Shown: positions 59,103 to 64,000 of the stretch, in pieces | How the letters are laid out: each line of letters opens with the position of its first letter | Position numbering within the stretch: the stretch's first letter is position 1 | Origin: Chlorobiota bacterium | GTDB lineage: Bacteria; Bacteroidota; Ignavibacteria; Kapaibacteriales; NICIL-2 | DNA: 64,000 nt | NCBI GenBank assembly: GCA_026416585.1 | Contig: JAOAEV010000025.1 | Span: forward strand, 29,110-93,109 | Direction of reading: 5' to 3' | Notes under the pieces: generated by a model | The model's database searches: none | Seen by the model: only the letters and a program-made list of their open reading frames with translations | What the model was told of the DNA's origin: nothing | Program-made: the position numbers and the translations under genes

Positions 59103-60038
59103 ATGCGTTACGCTCTTTTCTACGGCACACTGACTCTGATTGCAATCGTATGGCTGACGATTCGCCCGCTATTGCGTACAGGTGACGATGCACTTGGTAG
59201 TCCTCGCCAACCAATTCAAATCATGCTCACCCCATCGGTAGAAAACCAGAAAGTCACCACCAGTGCTGATTCTCTTGTGGCGTATCTCCACCGCACAACA
59301 GGACTGCATTTTACGGCTGCTGTCCCATCGTCGTATATCGTTGTGGTTGAATCGTTCGGAAGCGGCGGTGTGGATATGGCAATCACCAACACGTTTAGCT
59401 ATGTACTTGCACACGAAAAGTATGGTGCCGAAGCTGCGATGATGGTTGTTCGTCGTGGCGGTGAAACCCACTACCGTGGGCAAATCATCGCACATATCGA
59501 AAGTAACATAAAAACTCTCGGTGATTTGAATGGCAAACGTTTTGCATTTGTGGATGCCGCTTCAACATCAGGTTACATTCTGCCAAAAGCATTACTGGAG
59601 CGCAACGGTATTCGTCTCGGCGAGACACTTTTTGCCGGACGGCACGACAATGTCGTAACGATGGTCTATCAGCGCCAAGTAGATGCTGGTGCAGCGTACT
59701 ATTCCCCGCCGGACCCAGGTACCGGTGAAATTCTCGACGCTCGCGCACGTGTTGCTGCACAGTTTCCCGACGTCTTTGAGAAAGTTCGCATCATTGCGCT
59801 CACCGACGAAATTCCGAACGACCCCATCGTGTTTCGTCGCGGATTTCCTTCGCAGCTCCGAGACACTATCGTGCGTGCGTTGCTCGACTTTCAACGCACA
59901 CCTACGGGAAAACGCATTCTCTACGAAGCCTACAGCATCGAGGGATTAGCGCCAGCATCTGACCGGGATTATGATACACTGCGTCAGTTGATTCGTAATT
60001 TCGGTGGGGACCTCCAGGCTCTCCTCCGTCGGCGTTAG
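59103..60038 (+). CDS. PhnD-like phosphate/phosphonate ABC-type substrate-binding protein (stand-alone)
   Basis: N-terminal TM/signal segment. Periplasmic-binding-protein pattern FAFVDAASTSGYILP...AGAAYYSP...IPNDPIVFR. No permease or ATPase genes are adjacent. Confidence 0.7.
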   Translation: MRYALFYGTLTLIAIVWLTIRPLLRTGDDALGSPRQPIQIMLTPSVENQKVTTSADSLVAYLHRTTGLHFTAAVPSSYIVVVESFGSGGVDMAITNTFSYVLAHEKYGAEAAMMVVRRGGETHYRGQIIAHIESNIKTLGDLNGKRFAFVDAASTSGYILPKALLERNGIRLGETLFAGRHDNVVTMVYQRQVDAGAAYYSPPDPGTGEILDARARVAAQFPDVFEKVRIIALTDEIPNDPIVFRRGFPSQLRDTIVRALLDFQRTPTGKRILYEAYSIEGLAPASDRDYDTLRQLIRNFGGDLQALLRRR

Positions 60039-60059
60039 TTCAATCTCTCGGAGTGTGGG

Positions 60060-60659
60060 ATGTACCATTTGACCCACTTGACGATCTCAGAGCTAGAGCA
60101 GTTATTGCGGGACAAGATCGACCCTATCGAGCTCAATAAAGTCATCAGTGCCTACGAAATGGCGGAAAGTGTTCACGAGGGACAAATGCGCCGAGATGGA
60201 TCCCCCTATTTTTTTCACTGCTCGCGTGTGTGCAAAATCCTGATCGAAGACCTCGGCATCACCGACACTGATGTGCTTTGTGCCGCATTGCTGCATGACG
60301 TTCTCGAGGACTCCAACGAGATAACACGTGACATTATCGCATACAACTTTGGCGAATACTGCGCATACATTGTCGAAACGCTTACGAAAGATCTTAAGCG
60401 ACAAGAGCTTGAGCACGACGCTGTCGATCTCGAACACGTTGAACGGCTGGCGTACGCCAGCGACGATTGCTTGATCATCCGCCTTGCAGCACGACTCGAC
60501 AATTTCCGCTGCTTGGAGTTCGACCTCAAACGCAACCCACTTCGCTACATCGCCGAAACGATGGAACGCTACGTTCCACTTGCGGAAACGCGTCACAATC
60601 CACACTTGCACTATCTAGTCGCTGAGCTACGCAAAGAACAGAACAAGTTCCTTGGCTGA
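60060..60659 (+). CDS. HD-domain protein, RelA/SpoT-type (p)ppGpp hydrolase-like
   Basis: FFHCSRV ... AALLHDVLEDS HD motif in a 199-aa single-domain protein. Confidence 0.75.
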   Translation: MYHLTHLTISELEQLLRDKIDPIELNKVISAYEMAESVHEGQMRRDGSPYFFHCSRVCKILIEDLGITDTDVLCAALLHDVLEDSNEITRDIIAYNFGEYCAYIVETLTKDLKRQELEHDAVDLEHVERLAYASDDCLIIRLAARLDNFRCLEFDLKRNPLRYIAETMERYVPLAETRHNPHLHYLVAELRKEQNKFLG

Positions 60660-60672
60660 AGGCACCAGGCGA

Positions 60673-60680
60673 TAATTTTG
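60673..60680 (+). promoter_or_regulatory. -7 box (TAATTTTG) for the inositol monophosphatase-family gene
   Basis: Perfect TAnnTTTG match overlapping the TTG start used in the ORF track. This argues for ATG 60696 as the start. Confidence 0.4.
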
Positions 60681-60695
60681 CGCGTACTCTCGAGC

Positions 60696-61514
60696 ATGTT
60701 ATCAATGACCACACCGACGATCTCCCAACTTGACTTGGAACATGTCGCTATCGCTGCAGCATACGAGGCTGGCGAGTTACTTCGCACAAATTTTCATCGC
60801 GTCAAGGAGCTACGATTCAAAGAGGGGATCCACAACATTGTCACCGATTCGGATATTGCTGCCGAGCGCATTATCGTTGAGACCATTCGCTCGTCTTTTC
60901 CAGAGCATGCCATTTTAGCTGAAGAAAGCGGCGCCTGCAATGCATATTCACCGTACCGGTGGATCGTTGATCCACTCGATGGTACTGTGAACTTCGCACA
61001 TGGTGTGCCTATCTTTTCGGTAAGTATCGCGGTCGAATTCAATAATGAACTTGTGGTCGGTATTGTGTACCACCCACTCTTAGACGAGCTATTCCTTGCC
61101 CGGCGCGGAAGTGGTGCGTATCTGAACGGTGAACGTATCAACGTTTCTACCTGTTGCTGCTTAGACGATGCGTTCTTAGTAACAGGTTTTCCTTACAACA
61201 TTGCCTCATTACCTGAGTACCAGGACTGGCATTTTCCCACACTTGTACGCAGAGGAATCCCGATACGTCGCTTGGGTTCATCTGCGCTCGATTTAGCATA
61301 TGTCGCGGCAGGTCGCTTCGATGGATTTTGGGAAGTCGGCTTACAGCCATGGGACATTGCAGCGGGAGTGTTGCTCGTGACCGAAGCTGGCGGACGCATC
61401 AGCCGCTACGATGGCTCGCCATACACCCTTTCTGACCGTACGATCGTTGCAACAAATAGCTCGATCCACGACGAATTCATCACGTTCCTCCGAACTGAAC
61501 CCGATGTTGGTTGA
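60696..61514 (+). CDS. inositol monophosphatase family protein
   Basis: LAEESG, WIVDPLDGTVNF and WDIAAG motifs. Confidence 0.9.
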   Translation: MLSMTTPTISQLDLEHVAIAAAYEAGELLRTNFHRVKELRFKEGIHNIVTDSDIAAERIIVETIRSSFPEHAILAEESGACNAYSPYRWIVDPLDGTVNFAHGVPIFSVSIAVEFNNELVVGIVYHPLLDELFLARRGSGAYLNGERINVSTCCCLDDAFLVTGFPYNIASLPEYQDWHFPTLVRRGIPIRRLGSSALDLAYVAAGRFDGFWEVGLQPWDIAAGVLLVTEAGGRISRYDGSPYTLSDRTIVATNSSIHDEFITFLRTEPDVG

Positions 61515-62349
61515 GGTAACCTACATGTCGGGTGCCGGGAATGTATTTGCCGTTCTCGATGCACGCAGCGTCGAGCAAATCGACATAGCATCGTACGTCA
61601 CCAGTCTGTGCAATAGAACAAACATGATTGGGCAACGTGCTGAGGGGGTTCTCGTCATTGATAGTACGGGCAAAGAATTGGTCGTCCACTTTTTCAATCC
61701 CGATGGCTCTTCCGGCATGATGTGTGGCAACGGTGCACGATGTGCTGTTCAATTTGCACGCGAACGTGCACTGCTCCCCTCATCGCAACCCATTGTGCTC
61801 CAACTGGCGGATACCCGCTATACAGCTCGCATCGTCGGCGATAACATTGCTGTCGAGTTTCCACCACCGCGTGCACTTGAACAATACGTTGTACTTGATG
61901 TTGCTGGTTGCCGGCTCGAGTGTGTCTATGTTGACGTCGGTTCCGACCACGTTGTGCTCGAGCACCTACGACTGTGTGCACAGCTCAGCGAGTGTGGTCG
62001 AACGCTCGACTTTTCAAGTCTTGCACCACAGATCCGCTATCATAAGCGCTTTCTGCATGGCGTCAATGTTAATCTATACCACTGGCAAAATGGAGTACTG
62101 CATCTTACCACCTACGAACGTGGAGTGGAAGCTATCACCGGTGCGTGCGGAACAGGCGCGCTGGCAACTGCTGTGAGTGCATGGCTCCGTCGCGAAACTA
62201 TAGGGAACACCGTCACAGTTCTTCCTCCCAGTGGAGAGCGGCTAACGGTTGAAATTCTCAGCGACGGCAAGCAAATTATTGGGTTGGTACTTGTGGGACC
62301 GGCACGGACACTTGCAACGGAACATGTGAAACTATCGGAAATCCTCTAA
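61504..62349 (+). CDS. dapF: diaminopimelate epimerase
   Basis: MSGAGNVFAVLD plus the catalytic Cys contexts MCGNGARC and GACGTGALA. Confidence 0.9.
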   Translation: MLVEVTYMSGAGNVFAVLDARSVEQIDIASYVTSLCNRTNMIGQRAEGVLVIDSTGKELVVHFFNPDGSSGMMCGNGARCAVQFARERALLPSSQPIVLQLADTRYTARIVGDNIAVEFPPPRALEQYVVLDVAGCRLECVYVDVGSDHVVLEHLRLCAQLSECGRTLDFSSLAPQIRYHKRFLHGVNVNLYHWQNGVLHLTTYERGVEAITGACGTGALATAVSAWLRRETIGNTVTVLPPSGERLTVEILSDGKQIIGLVLVGPARTLATEHVKLSEIL

Positions 62350-62350
62350 A

Positions 62351-63526
62351 GTGGACTTGACTTGCTGGCTTGACGCCGCACGTGACCGTTCCGATTTTAT
62401 CCGCACTCATCGCCGCCGGCTACATCAGCATCCAGAGCTATCGTTCTGCGAACACAACACGCGCGATTACATTGCGGCAGTACTGCGGGATCTCGATATC
62501 GAACCGCACATCGTCGCTACCACAGGCATCGTTGCTACCGTCGGGCAAGGCGAGCGGTGTGTGGCTCTTCGGGCGGATATAGATGCTCTCCCTATTACCG
62601 AGCAAACTGGTTTGTCATTTTCCTCCCGCTGCGATGGCATCATGCATGCATGTGGTCACGATTGCCATACGGCGATGCTTCTGGGAGCAGCGGCGATTCT
62701 CAAAGCTCATGAAGAAATGCTCAGCGGTCGTGTACTGCTCATCTTTCAACCTGGCGAAGAAAAAGCACCAGGTGGTGCAACACTTGTCATCGCCGACGGT
62801 GTGCTCGAGCGGTACAAACCAGAAGCCATTTTCGGTCAACATGTTTACCCCGACGCACCGACTGGCACCATCGAACTGGTAGCAGGCCCGATTATGGCAA
62901 GCGCAGACGAACTCTACTGGACTTTGCGCGGCAAAGGAACGCACGCTGCGCAGCCGCACAAAGGTGCTAACCCCATCGGCGCTGCTGCGGAATTGATTAT
63001 ACATTTGGAAAGCCTTCTGCTGCACAAGCGTAATCCGTTACATCCGGCATTACTGGCTGTCACATCCATCGAGGGTGGAACCGCTACCAACATTGTCCCT
63101 GACTGCGTCCGCATGAAAGGGACACTCCGGAGCTTCGACGATGAGTGGCGTCGTGGTATGTGGAATCGTATCGCTGCACACAGTAAGGTGATTGCTGGGT
63201 TACACGATGTCGAATGCAGCGTCGAAATCGTCGAGGGATATCCACCACTTGTCAACGACGTGAATGCAGCTGCACATGCCCGATCGGTTGCCGAGTCACT
63301 TGTCGGTGCTGCAAGTGTTTCCACCTTCGAGCCGAAGCTCTGGGCAGAAGATTTTGCGTTTTATGCACAACGCCTACCTGCAGGCTTCTGGATGCTCGGT
63401 TGCCGACCGCCACACCTGACAGTGATGCCTGGCTTGCACTCCCCACAGTTTGCTCCGGACGAAGAGATGCTCCCACTCGGTGCAGCTATGCTTGCCGCAA
63501 CCGCCTCAGCATGGATAGCACGTTAG
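62351..63526 (+). CDS. M20D family amidohydrolase (N-acyl-amino acid amidohydrolase-like)
   Basis: HQHPELSF, MHACGHDCH and FQPGEE motifs. GTG start. Confidence 0.88.
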   Translation: MDLTCWLDAARDRSDFIRTHRRRLHQHPELSFCEHNTRDYIAAVLRDLDIEPHIVATTGIVATVGQGERCVALRADIDALPITEQTGLSFSSRCDGIMHACGHDCHTAMLLGAAAILKAHEEMLSGRVLLIFQPGEEKAPGGATLVIADGVLERYKPEAIFGQHVYPDAPTGTIELVAGPIMASADELYWTLRGKGTHAAQPHKGANPIGAAAELIIHLESLLLHKRNPLHPALLAVTSIEGGTATNIVPDCVRMKGTLRSFDDEWRRGMWNRIAAHSKVIAGLHDVECSVEIVEGYPPLVNDVNAAAHARSVAESLVGAASVSTFEPKLWAEDFAFYAQRLPAGFWMLGCRPPHLTVMPGLHSPQFAPDEEMLPLGAAMLAATASAWIAR

Positions 63527-64000
63527 CCATACTGTGGTTTGGGCGAGCGGAGTGTCAGCACAGTGATTTCAGGTGGGATACCAATCCGGACAGGCGGTCC
63601 AACCGTCCCCAAACCGCGATTGACATAGAGGTACTGATCGCCATCACGATAAAGACCTGCCCACTGTTTATACACCACTTGAGCAACGCTCATCTCGATA
63701 CCCAAAAAGTGGATACCTACTTGTCCGCCGTGCGTGTGACCACTCAGCATTAGGTCAATCGGAGCTTTGCGGCGGATGTCTTTGTCCCAGAATGTCGGAT
63801 CATGCGCCAGCAGGATTGTCGGTGCTCCGGGTTCGACGCCGACAAGCGCCGCCGGTAGATCGGCAAAATTTTGTCCCAAGCCGGTGTTGTCGGTCCCAAC
63901 GATGTACAGAACTTCGCCGTTAGTTCTCAGGGTTGCATTCGAGTTGACCAGCAACGTGATACCCGAGTTGGCGATCATCGAACGCAGCAGCGAATGATTT
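63523..64000 (-). CDS. metallophosphoesterase, 5' end beyond window
   Basis: LSGHTHGGQV motif. The frame stays open upstream of Met 63978 to the window edge. Confidence 0.8.
   Translation of the reverse strand, partial: NHSLLRSMIANSGITLLVNSNATLRTNGEVLYIVGTDNTGLGQNFADLPAALVGVEPGAPTILLAHDPTFWDKDIRRKAPIDLMLSGHTHGGQVGIHFLGIEMSVAQVVYKQWAGLYRDGDQYLYVNRGLGTVGPPVRIGIPPEITVLTLRSPKPQYG

Overview
This 64-kb window is a gene-dense chromosomal segment with about 56 CDS and one tRNA-Pro(GGG); I found no rRNA, CRISPR array or IS element. The lineage is probably the FCB superphylum, Ignavibacteria/Chlorobi-like. This is an inference from five observations: a T9SS C-terminal sorting domain (27740-28702), a DUF2723/TPR protein, a bacilliredoxin, a fused 2-oxoacid dehydrogenase E1 alpha/beta, and 14 Bacteroidetes-type TAnnTTTG -7 boxes upstream of start codons. 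The fliL-fliM-fliN genes are also present.

Positions ~8.9-64 kb are ordinary housekeeping genes in tight operons with many ATGA start/stop overlaps. They include nadE, trxB, gyrA, E1, rlmB, sppA, queA, gpmA, nth, ppk1, an amidase, panC/panD, fliLMN, hemW, two lepB copies, lepA, rplS, recA/recX, lpd, sucC and dapF.

The only clearly accessory block is 1-8.75 kb. It is a five-gene, translationally coupled minus-strand operon of signal-peptide-bearing beta-helix/fibre-like proteins:
- a 927-aa tail-fibre-like protein carrying an 11-unit decapeptide repeat;
- a 164-aa protein;
- two large paralogues, one of which ends in a dockerin-like module;
- a partial FN3-like protein cut by the window edge.
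An orphan LuxR-type response regulator lies directly upstream. I rank this operon as the best candidate for an uncharacterised cell-surface system.

Secondary candidates are:
- a GT2 + DUF2723/TPR pair, which may form a polyprenyl-phosphate-sugar dependent periplasmic glycosylation module;
- a vWA-OmpA-SPOR protein divergent from fliLMN;
- a divergent tyrosine recombinase embedded in a housekeeping operon.

The ORF track uses TTG/GTG as well as ATG starts, so several starts were moved to the first plausible ATG. All functional calls come from motif recognition by eye; no database search was run.
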